The notes below the pieces were generated by a model. That model was given only the letters and a program-made list of their open reading frames with translations, was not told the DNA's origin and made no database searches. The position numbers were made by a program, and so were the translations under genes. 16,716 bases of DNA from positions 1 through 16,716 of the forward strand of contig JBGSTX010000295.1 in NCBI GenBank assembly GCA_041736305.1, given 5' to 3'. Of this stretch, positions 7,194-14,410 are shown in pieces. This DNA is from Oligoflexus sp. GTDB taxonomy: Bacteria > Bdellovibrionota_B > Oligoflexia > Oligoflexales > Oligoflexaceae. Position 1 is the first letter of the stretch. Each line of letters begins with the position of its first letter.

Positions 7194-10057
7194 ATTTGTT
7201 TGACGAAGGAGGCGATAGCCTCCGGTTCCTTACTGAGACGTCCCCAAGGCTCTGCCGCGCTGCCTCTGCCTATCTCGGGTAGGTGCGTACAGAGGAAGAG
7301 TTTGAGCTCAGGGCAGAGAGCCCTGAGTTTTCGTAAAAACCCTGGACCATCTTCCTCCCCCTCCTCGAACAAGCCGTCACTTATCAGCGCGCGACAGTCA
7401 GCTAAGAGATCGGGATTCTCGTCCCATGCTTGCAGCATAGCTTTTGGCTCTGGGAAACAAGCTAGACTGAGGTGAGACTCTGCAGCCGAGGCTTGCCAGA
7501 TATCCGTAAAAAGCGGGTCGTCTTCGACGAGGATGAGCTGCACTCGCCGGGCTAAAAAGCTTTGGCATAAGTCGATCAGCGCGGTTTTTTGCAAGGGCTT
7601 GGGGAAAAAGACGTCAGCACCGACCTTTAAGGCTGCCTCGCGAATGGCAGAGCTACTGCGATGTGAGTGCAAGGCAATGCGGGCATGAGCTTGCAGCTTG
7701 CGAAACTGGGGAATCCAACTGAGTCCATTGCTCGAGCCGAGCTGATAGTCAATAATAATAAGATCAAATCGTTCGGTGCGGGCCCTTTCGAGCGCGGCTT
7801 CGGGATGCTCATGGCTTTCAAGCGAGACGCCGAATGAGGCCTCCTCCAAACTCTCGACCAATTCTTTGCCATACAGCAGATCCAGAGGATCATCGTCGAC
7901 CCAAAGCAAGGACAGTTTCCGCTTGTAGGAAGAGGGTAGCGGCGCGGACGTCGGCGCTTGCGGGCTGATGGTACTCCAGATCGCGGCGAGTCTATCCAGA
8001 AGCTCAGGAGGCTGGATGTCTTTCCGATAGGAACTCGGGAGAGTCACGATGAAGCTGGTTCCCTTCTCGCTATCAGACTGACAAGCTATTTGTCCACCAT
8101 GCGCGAGGACAAACTTCTTGACGATAGCGAGGCCGAGTCCTGTGCCACCTTCGGTGTAGAAGGCTTCGAAAATGCGTTTGCGCTTTTCTTCGCCGATGAA
8201 ACTGCCTGAGTTATGGATGACAATCTCTATCCAAGTCCGTCCGCCTTCGCTGCGATCTTTAGTCGAAATCGAGATGCGCCCTCCGTCGGGAGTAGCCTGA
8301 ACCGCATTATTCAAAATGTTGTTGAAAATGCGGATCAGCTTGTAGCTATCCGCTTCTAGCATGAGTCGGTGCTCCAGCTCACAGGTCAAAGCGATCGACT
8401 TCTTGCTGGGAAGAAGCAGGCGCAAACTCTCCTCCAGCGCGGTCAACGGACTCATAGCTTCTGTCAGAGTCTCGCCAGTGGCCCCCATCTCAAGTATGTC
8501 TGTAATCATTTCATTAACGGTATGGGTCATGCGCCGGACGTGCGGCAGATACTGCTTAGCCAGTTCTTTGAGTTTCTCCGGATCTTCAGTAGTCGCAAGT
8601 AGACTGAGCACGCCCTCGAGAGTCCCGAAAGGACGACGGATATCGTGGGCGAGCATCTGTACTGCTGATCCAAGAGCGCTGACTGTCGCTTCGCGCAGCT
8701 TTTTCGACTCCTGTCGAGGACGACTCTCGCCTACTGAATTGAGAATGAGCGAGCCAAGGGCAGGTAAATCGCTCAGTAGCATGCGATTGCTAAAGGCTAG
8801 CAGATTGCAGATGCCGAGAGGGAGAAACTGCGGATTGTGAACGAGAGCGTGCAGCCAGTCGCGAAGACGACGGTCGCGCTGGATAGTGCTAGGGTCGAGG
8901 AGAAGCTTTTCAAGGAAAGGTCGTTGCTCGACGCCACCAATAGCTTGCCGGTAAAGGAGACGTAAACCCAGCTCAGCGGCAGAGAGACTGGCCTCGCGGC
9001 TGTAGTTAGGCAGCGCAAAAATCCAACCGTCTACACCGTCGCCTTCAGCTTGAAAGTGCAGCTCAAGCTGAAAATGATGAGTAGCGAAAGCCGCTAGGTC
9101 CTCAAGAAAAACTTGCGAACAGACCCCCGGATCGTAAGCGAACGTCCAGGACTTCCGCTGCAAGTGAGGATCTGACGGCAAAGGATGGATGTCGGCATCA
9201 ACTGCGAAACTATGCTCGCTGTAGAGTTCGCCAAGTCGTCGAAGATTCCAGGCATTGCGGCGCTGAGCAAATCCCTGCAGAGCCGTCCGAAGGGTCTCAC
9301 TGCCCTGGAAGCGGTTCCGCAGCCAGACAGCAAGCTGCATCTCAGGCCGCAGGTTTAGGTTCATGACTCCGCTCAGTGAGCTGGTCTGAGGTGCCCTGCT
9401 GAGAGTACTCGGAAAAATTGCAAGGTAAGCAGCCGAGTCATGACTCTGGTCTAGTGGAAGCTGCTCAAGGGTCTGCACCACGACTTCCTCGTAGATCCGA
9501 GAGTTTCGGGGCTCATCGGGGTGGAGCTTGAGCCGAAGGGAGCTGGGCGACTGGCTCGACACAAACCAAGGGCCGCTGCTGATCCCACTAGGCCGATAGA
9601 TGCTGCACTCAGGTAGGGCCAGACGTTCGAGGAGATCCGGCACTAGACCGTGCAAGAGGATTTCAAAGCGATAGCGGGAATGGAGCTTGAAACTTTTTTC
9701 AGAGCCTAAGCCCTGAAAGCGCAGAAGCCTTCCGAGTTGCGATGCGCTGCTCGCTCGCCTTGCCACCCGCAAAAGGCAGGATATAACGTCAGCTGCACAT
9801 ATCTCATCACCTTGATGGAAGCGTCGACCTTTTTTAATCTGTAGTCTGTAGCTGCCATCTTCTTTACTTATGGAACATGATTCGAGCAGAGATCGATCGG
9901 TCTGCCCACCCTGGCGGAGCTCGACCAAGCGAATAGCGCAGTTGGTCCAATAAAACTCTTCTATCCAACTGTCGGCGGCAGGAAGGCTTTCTGGGTCGAG
10001 ATGAGGGAGACGAGGAAGATAGAGGTGAAGAATGTGATCTCGGGTTTCAAGGAGCAT
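7175..10057 (-). CDS. Hybrid sensor histidine kinase: N-terminal family-5 solute-binding-like domain, HisKA, HATPase, two receiver domains
   Basis: H-box LAHDIRRPF, N-box RIFNNILNNAVQA, F-box RIFEAFYT, G2 GGTGLGLAI. REC1 VDDDP/IIIDYQ/FPKP and REC2 VEDDP/LISD. N-terminal LLESCSISKEDGSYRLQIKKGRRFHQGDEICAADV resembles the SBP_bac_5 signature. Confidence 0.88.
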   Translation of the reverse strand: MLLETRDHILHLYLPRLPHLDPESLPAADSWIEEFYWTNCAIRLVELRQGGQTDRSLLESCSISKEDGSYRLQIKKGRRFHQGDEICAADVISCLLRVARRASSASQLGRLLRFQGLGSEKSFKLHSRYRFEILLHGLVPDLLERLALPECSIYRPSGISSGPWFVSSQSPSSLRLKLHPDEPRNSRIYEEVVVQTLEQLPLDQSHDSAAYLAIFPSTLSRAPQTSSLSGVMNLNLRPEMQLAVWLRNRFQGSETLRTALQGFAQRRNAWNLRRLGELYSEHSFAVDADIHPLPSDPHLQRKSWTFAYDPGVCSQVFLEDLAAFATHHFQLELHFQAEGDGVDGWIFALPNYSREASLSAAELGLRLLYRQAIGGVEQRPFLEKLLLDPSTIQRDRRLRDWLHALVHNPQFLPLGICNLLAFSNRMLLSDLPALGSLILNSVGESRPRQESKKLREATVSALGSAVQMLAHDIRRPFGTLEGVLSLLATTEDPEKLKELAKQYLPHVRRMTHTVNEMITDILEMGATGETLTEAMSPLTALEESLRLLLPSKKSIALTCELEHRLMLEADSYKLIRIFNNILNNAVQATPDGGRISISTKDRSEGGRTWIEIVIHNSGSFIGEEKRKRIFEAFYTEGGTGLGLAIVKKFVLAHGGQIACQSDSEKGTSFIVTLPSSYRKDIQPPELLDRLAAIWSTISPQAPTSAPLPSSYKRKLSLLWVDDDPLDLLYGKELVESLEEASFGVSLESHEHPEAALERARTERFDLIIIDYQLGSSNGLSWIPQFRKLQAHARIALHSHRSSSAIREAALKVGADVFFPKPLQKTALIDLCQSFLARRVQLILVEDDPLFTDIWQASAAESHLSLACFPEPKAMLQAWDENPDLLADCRALISDGLFEEGEEDGPGFLRKLRALCPELKLFLCTHLPEIGRGSAAEPWGRLSKEPEAIASFVKQIQSGHI

Positions 10058-10361
10058 TGTTCAGTCCGTTCTCACGATTCCCAAGGAGCGGTTCTATCAC
10101 GAGAGTTTGGAGAGCTTCGAGCTTACTCAGGTGCTTATCGAAGGCAGCCTGTTTGAGAGGATCTATCGAGTCTTCTCCGCCTTTGAGACCCTTCTGCGCG
10201 AGGTAGCGGAGCGTGCGGATAGCACCTATGTAATCGTGATAGAGACGCCGACGAGCTTCCGCACCGGCAGGCCCGGCTGCTAAATCGATCGAGGCTTCAA
10301 TTCGCCCGTCGATCGCTTCGTTGAAGCGCCAAGTTCCGAAAGGTGGACGAGTCGTTTCCAT
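10047..10361 (-). CDS. Hypothetical protein, 104 aa, possible stand-alone DHp/histidine phosphotransfer protein
   Basis: AGGAGGG RBS; TAATG coupling to the upstream gene and 11-nt overlap with the kinase start; helical with H-box-like RRRLYHDYIGAIRTL. Confidence 0.75.
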   Translation of the reverse strand: METTRPPFGTWRFNEAIDGRIEASIDLAAGPAGAEARRRLYHDYIGAIRTLRYLAQKGLKGGEDSIDPLKQAAFDKHLSKLEALQTLVIEPLLGNRENGLNNAP

Positions 10362-11881
10362 TAGGCACCCTCCTGCGGTATAGAGTCTCCGCTGACATTG
10401 ACCATCGCTTTTAACTCAGTCGCACTCACCAAATCTTTCTTGATGAGATCCTGCAGCTTCGTTGAAAGGGTCGAGCGCGGGATGAGGAGAAGGCGTGCGA
10501 GCTGCCTGAGGGTCATGCGGCCTTCTTTTGCATAGCAGCGTCGAATAAGACTTAATAGGAGCTGCATGCTCAGTCGCTCGAAGGGAATTTGCGCTTCTCT
10601 ATCCCAGTCGAGAATTATCTGCTCTTTGCTAGAGACGGAGGCAGAGTTTGAAACTTTTTCTTTTTCTTCTGCTCCTGCTTCTGTAGCAGCTTCTAAGGCA
10701 GTCATCTGGGACCAGATGTAAGCGGGGATGGCCGAAGGACTCATAAGGCCCCCGTAAGCGTGCTCGGTCATGGCGCGAAGACAGTTTCTAAGTTCACGAA
10801 TATTGCCGTGGCGCCAATCGTATTGCTTTAATACCTGAACTGTCGCTGCCGCAATGCTGTAAGGCCCTCCCCTCATAGTTTGACAGAAGAGCGGTACCAG
10901 CTCGTCGAGCTCATCCTTCCGCGTATGGAGCGGTGGCAGGTGAATGACGGCTTCGCAGAGCCGCTGCCAGAGATCTCGGCGAAATAAGCCCTTTTCCACC
11001 AGACTTTCTAGGTTTTCGTTGGTAGCTGAGAGCACGCGAACGCTAATTTTCTTTGGCATGGAAGCGCCGACCGGCCGCAGCTCTTGATTTTCGAGAACAC
11101 GCAGCAAGGCCACCTGCGTTGCAGCACTGAGAGTGGCCACTTCATCGAGAAAGACCCAGCCACCGTCAGCCTGTTCAAAAAGTCCAATCTTGCTCTGCTG
11201 AGCGCCCGTAAACGCTCCCTTAACGTGACCGAAAAGTTCAGATTCGATAAGTCCTGCGGGAAAAGTTCCGCAGTGTATGCGGATGAAAGGGAGTCGCCCA
11301 GCAAAATGCGCCGCAAACATATCGGCAACGACCTCTTTACCCGTACCTGTTTCTCCAAAGATATGTATTGAACTCAGGGCTGAGGATATGAGGCGCGGAA
11401 TGCGTTCGCTGAGTTCACGCGCTGTCCGACCCGCGACATGAGCTAGTCCTGCTGCGGTCGCTAGGGAAGCGGCATTGCCGTGCTTGCGCTTTTCCTGCTC
11501 TTGCCGCCTGAGATATTCTTGCTGCGCGGCGAAGATCCGGGCCCGCATTCCCTGCTCGTCCTGACCTTTGAAGAGGAAATCGTCGGCTCCGCGAGCAATG
11601 CAGCTGCGAACCGTTTGCGTATCGTGCAGGTCAGAGCACATGACGATCATTGTGCCGGGAAGGCGACTTCTCAACTGCTTGGCCAAACCGCGGCCGTCCT
11701 CTTCACCCTCAGCCAGAAAGATATCCAAGATCACGACGGCGGGATCTGGAGCGCGGTCTATAGCTTGCCAAAGTTCGGCGGGACTCGTGAACGAACGGAC
11801 GGCTTCACCGAGGATCTCTCGGACCTGAGCCAGGAAAAGCTCATCATCATCGAGGTGATAAATAGGGCTAAGGGGGTGCAT
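10361..11881 (-). CDS. Sigma54-dependent response regulator (NtrC/AtoC-family bEBP: REC-AAA+-HTH)
   Basis: REC (LDDD, VILD, FLFK), Walker A GETGTGKE, ESELFGHVKGAFTGA, Walker B FLDEV, SATN, FRRDLWQRL, GNIRELRN, C-terminal HTH LARLLLIPRSTLSTKL. Confidence 0.95.
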   Translation of the reverse strand: MHPLSPIYHLDDDELFLAQVREILGEAVRSFTSPAELWQAIDRAPDPAVVILDIFLAEGEEDGRGLAKQLRSRLPGTMIVMCSDLHDTQTVRSCIARGADDFLFKGQDEQGMRARIFAAQQEYLRRQEQEKRKHGNAASLATAAGLAHVAGRTARELSERIPRLISSALSSIHIFGETGTGKEVVADMFAAHFAGRLPFIRIHCGTFPAGLIESELFGHVKGAFTGAQQSKIGLFEQADGGWVFLDEVATLSAATQVALLRVLENQELRPVGASMPKKISVRVLSATNENLESLVEKGLFRRDLWQRLCEAVIHLPPLHTRKDELDELVPLFCQTMRGGPYSIAAATVQVLKQYDWRHGNIRELRNCLRAMTEHAYGGLMSPSAIPAYIWSQMTALEAATEAGAEEKEKVSNSASVSSKEQIILDWDREAQIPFERLSMQLLLSLIRRCYAKEGRMTLRQLARLLLIPRSTLSTKLQDLIKKDLVSATELKAMVNVSGDSIPQEGA

Positions 11882-12027
11882 GCGATCCCTTCGGAAAGCG
11901 TTTTCTATACCCCAGAAATGGCCGAAATCGGGACAAGTTGCAAGTCGTAGGTCTTGCTTATGGCCCAGATTTGTCCTCCGCGGCCGGACTATAAATCATA
12001 AGTACATGTAATAATTGGAATTAAAAT

Positions 12028-12045
12028 TTGGCACGAAAGGTGGAA
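12028..12045 (+). promoter_or_regulatory. Sigma54 (-24/-12)-like promoter
   Basis: TTGGCACGAAAGGTGGAA: perfect -24 TGGCACG, with GG instead of GC at -12; AT-rich upstream; about 30 nt before the ATG at 12077; divergent from a bEBP gene. Confidence 0.65.
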
Positions 12046-12076
12046 TAGGGGCTTTACCTAACTAAGGAGTTCCCAG

Positions 12077-12256
12077 ATGAGAAAGTTAAATTCTATCCGC
12101 CTCTACCTCTTCAAATTGCACCAGATCAGACAAATCGCTGCCGCTAAAGCCCGGAAGAAAAGTTTCTACTACCGTGCAGATCGGGAGAAGTTTGAATCGG
12201 TTCAAGGGGCAATCCGCGACCGGCTAGCTTGGGAGAACGGCCGCCATGCTAGCTGA
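12077..12256 (+). CDS. Small basic protein, 59 aa (MRKLNSIRLYLFKLHQIRQIAAAKARKKSFYYRADREKFESVQGAIRDRLAWENGRHAS)
   Basis: Translated by hand; absent from the ORF track. TAAGGAG RBS at 12063-12069, ATG 12077, TGA 12254-12256; flanked by a promoter and a terminator. Confidence 0.72.
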   Translation: MRKLNSIRLYLFKLHQIRQIAAAKARKKSFYYRADREKFESVQGAIRDRLAWENGRHAS

Positions 12257-12278
12257 AACAAAAAGCTCAAAAGGCAAG

Positions 12279-12315
12279 AACGAGGCTCAGCTCAAAAGGC
12301 TGGCCTCGTTTTTTT
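12279..12315 (+). terminator. Rho-independent terminator (possibly bidirectional)
   Basis: AACGAGGC(T)CAGC-TCAAAAG-GCTGGCCTCGTT followed by a T run; lies between the 59-aa ORF and the convergent lipoprotein gene. Confidence 0.8.
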
Positions 12316-13339
12316 ATGGGATCTGGTTTTGTTGGTTATTATCGGTGTCAGAATCCGGAAGAGGCGGTCCAAGTGGGTCCGTAATCGGTTCAGACCCGAT
12401 ATTCTCGAGCCGGAGGCTATAGGCCGGGCTGAAGGTTTGCTTATCCTGATCACTGAACTGATAGAAAATTTCCGCTGGCGTATTGCTGCTGATAGGAATT
12501 TGAATCTGCCCGTCCAGACTCATCCAGTTATTGCTGAAGCTTAATTCTTCCTCACTCAAAGCTAGCCGCACCCAACGACACATGGCATTTCCGCTCATCG
12601 AAAAATTCAACGATTTAATATTTGGATCATCGGTGCGAAAGCTCGTAGGAATTTCCAGGCGACCATCAACGATCAAGCGATCGTAAAGACGAAAATCTCT
12701 ATTGTCGTCACTTGTGCCCACATTCCAGATGCCTTTAGTTTGTACATAGCCTTTTAGGGAAATACGAACGGGTAGCAGGCTTTCGGATGGAGCATAAAGC
12801 CTAAAATTTCCGTCAAGATCGGTCGTAGCAGCCAAGCGGCCCACATGAACCAGCGCACCTTCTGCGGGTGAATCGCCCTCTGCGAAAGACTTCGGAGCCA
12901 TGACCTGACCGCTGATGACAACCGGGGTCTGGAGTCTGATGATCCCCAAATCCATGTTACCGACTTCTACTGCTTTTAGCTTATCGTAGACGGCTGATTC
13001 CCCAGGGAAGCCCGCGTTGGTAAAATAGAGACGAAGAGGCTGACCGAGACCACCGTAGCGAACCTTGAGCTCGTCCTTACGTTCACTGGACCAGCTGAAT
13101 GAAAAACGCCCGTCTGCATCGGTGATCTGTTCAGGAGTAGTCTCCTGCTCAACAAATACGCCTATCCCTGCAGCGGCTTGCCCGAAACTGTCTTGTACCT
13201 GTCCGCTCACGCTGAGGGGAACATCTTGGGATTTGACAGCGGCCTTAGGATTTTTCAGGCAGGCTCCCCCTTGCAGAGCGAGGATTAGGCCCGAAGCCTG
13301 GAACATCCTGCTAAAAAAAATCAGTGTTTGACTCCGCAT
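12314..13339 (-). CDS. Putative lipoprotein with two carboxypeptidase-regulatory-like beta-sandwich domains
   Basis: GAGGAG RBS; signal with lipobox-like LQGGAC; repeats VSGQVQD..ITDADGRFSF and ISGQV..PAEGALV..TTDLDGNFRL..KGY. Confidence 0.75.
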   Translation of the reverse strand: MRSQTLIFFSRMFQASGLILALQGGACLKNPKAAVKSQDVPLSVSGQVQDSFGQAAAGIGVFVEQETTPEQITDADGRFSFSWSSERKDELKVRYGGLGQPLRLYFTNAGFPGESAVYDKLKAVEVGNMDLGIIRLQTPVVISGQVMAPKSFAEGDSPAEGALVHVGRLAATTDLDGNFRLYAPSESLLPVRISLKGYVQTKGIWNVGTSDDNRDFRLYDRLIVDGRLEIPTSFRTDDPNIKSLNFSMSGNAMCRWVRLALSEEELSFSNNWMSLDGQIQIPISSNTPAEIFYQFSDQDKQTFSPAYSLRLENIGSEPITDPLGPPLPDSDTDNNQQNQIP

Positions 13340-13396
13340 GACCGGGGCTCCTCAAGAGAATAGACGCGTTTTTGCGAAAGCTTCAATCTCAATTAC

Positions 13397-13413
13397 TGCA
13401 AGGATCTGACCAA
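13397..13413 (-). promoter_or_regulatory. Sigma54 promoter for the lipoprotein gene
   Basis: Minus strand TTGGTCAGATCCTTGCA = GG-N10-GC with TTGCA at -12, about 58 nt upstream of ATG 13339. Confidence 0.65.
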
Positions 13414-13451
13414 GCGGCAGAGCCGTGGCGCCAGGAAAATTTTGATGAGAT

Positions 13452-13480
13452 TTGATAGGATTAGCCGCTGCTGCTAAACT
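13452..13480 (+). promoter_or_regulatory. Sigma70-type promoter for the polysaccharide export operon
   Basis: TTGATA-17 nt-TAAACT with extended -10 TGn. Confidence 0.55.
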
Positions 13481-13563
13481 TAGAAGCAAAGCATCATGAC
13501 CAATATCTAGACGCCTCGCTGCGATGCATGGGGAACGGTCGGGTAACAGGAAGGAGCATAGAT

Positions 13564-14400
13564 ATGCTGGGCTTGAGCCTCTTCTCTCGCCGTACCAGAG
13601 CTCGGACTACGGGTCTGATCCTGATTTCGGCAATTCTCCTAGCGTCATGCAACAAGTCGGAAGATGAGACCACCTGCAATCTCGACGCTAACGGTCTAAA
13701 AAGCGAAGGCTGGAACAGTAGCGAACTCAAAGATCTGGAATTATCATTTATTTTCCTCAAGGGACCTTCAGGCGTCTCTGCCGACATTGGCGACGTGCTA
13801 CAACTCAATGGGATATCGGCCTTATTCTTTGTGCAGGGTTCTGCCATCGAAGGTAATAAGGACCAACTGCCGATTCTCAAGGACCAGGGCCACCTCATCG
13901 GCAATGGTGGCTATCGCTATCAAGATCTGACTAAAGCCGAACACCCCGTGCTCGAGCTCAGAACCACAGACGGGCTCATCACGCCGTACGTGACCGGCAA
14001 CATGTTTCTCTTTCATGCGCCGCTGAAATCCTTTAACGAGCAGTCCGCGGCTCTTTACCGGGCCAATGGCCTCGGCAAGTACGTTGGACCCATTTTCGAC
14101 GACACCACGCCGAGCGAAACGTTTCGCTATGACGAGCAGTGTTGGGTCGACAATCTGACGCCAGCCGTATGTGCACAGCAGTACTTCGATGAGCTCAAAC
14201 GTATAGGGAAGGGCATCGTGGCTTTCAACGACACGCAGCCGAAATCCCTCGAAATGCTCAACGAGTTGCTTCCCCAATTGAAGACCTTTGGGTTCACCTT
14301 TGTTCGCATCGACCAAATTCCGAGCATCCGCAGTGCCCTGACTCGTGCAGGCGCCCTCGTCGATGCAACGGGATCCAGTTCTTGCGATGATTACGATTGA
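13564..14400 (+). CDS. Polysaccharide deacetylase (CE4/NodB)-fold lipoprotein, catalytic motifs degenerate
   Basis: GGAAGGAG RBS before ATG 13564; lipobox LLASC; NodB scaffold ALFFVQG, GHLIGN, KGIVAFND, LPQLKTFGFTFVRI. Confidence 0.75.
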   Translation: MLGLSLFSRRTRARTTGLILISAILLASCNKSEDETTCNLDANGLKSEGWNSSELKDLELSFIFLKGPSGVSADIGDVLQLNGISALFFVQGSAIEGNKDQLPILKDQGHLIGNGGYRYQDLTKAEHPVLELRTTDGLITPYVTGNMFLFHAPLKSFNEQSAALYRANGLGKYVGPIFDDTTPSETFRYDEQCWVDNLTPAVCAQQYFDELKRIGKGIVAFNDTQPKSLEMLNELLPQLKTFGFTFVRIDQIPSIRSALTRAGALVDATGSSSCDDYD

Positions 14401-14410
14401 GGAGGCTGCC

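Noticed and set aside
11480-11950. 156-aa plus-strand ORF
   Set aside because: Antisense to the bEBP receiver domain; no motif or RBS support.
14345-14410. Longer start of the TPR/barrel gene
   Set aside because: Overlaps the upstream gene; TTG 14411 has GAGGAGG and yields a proper signal peptide.
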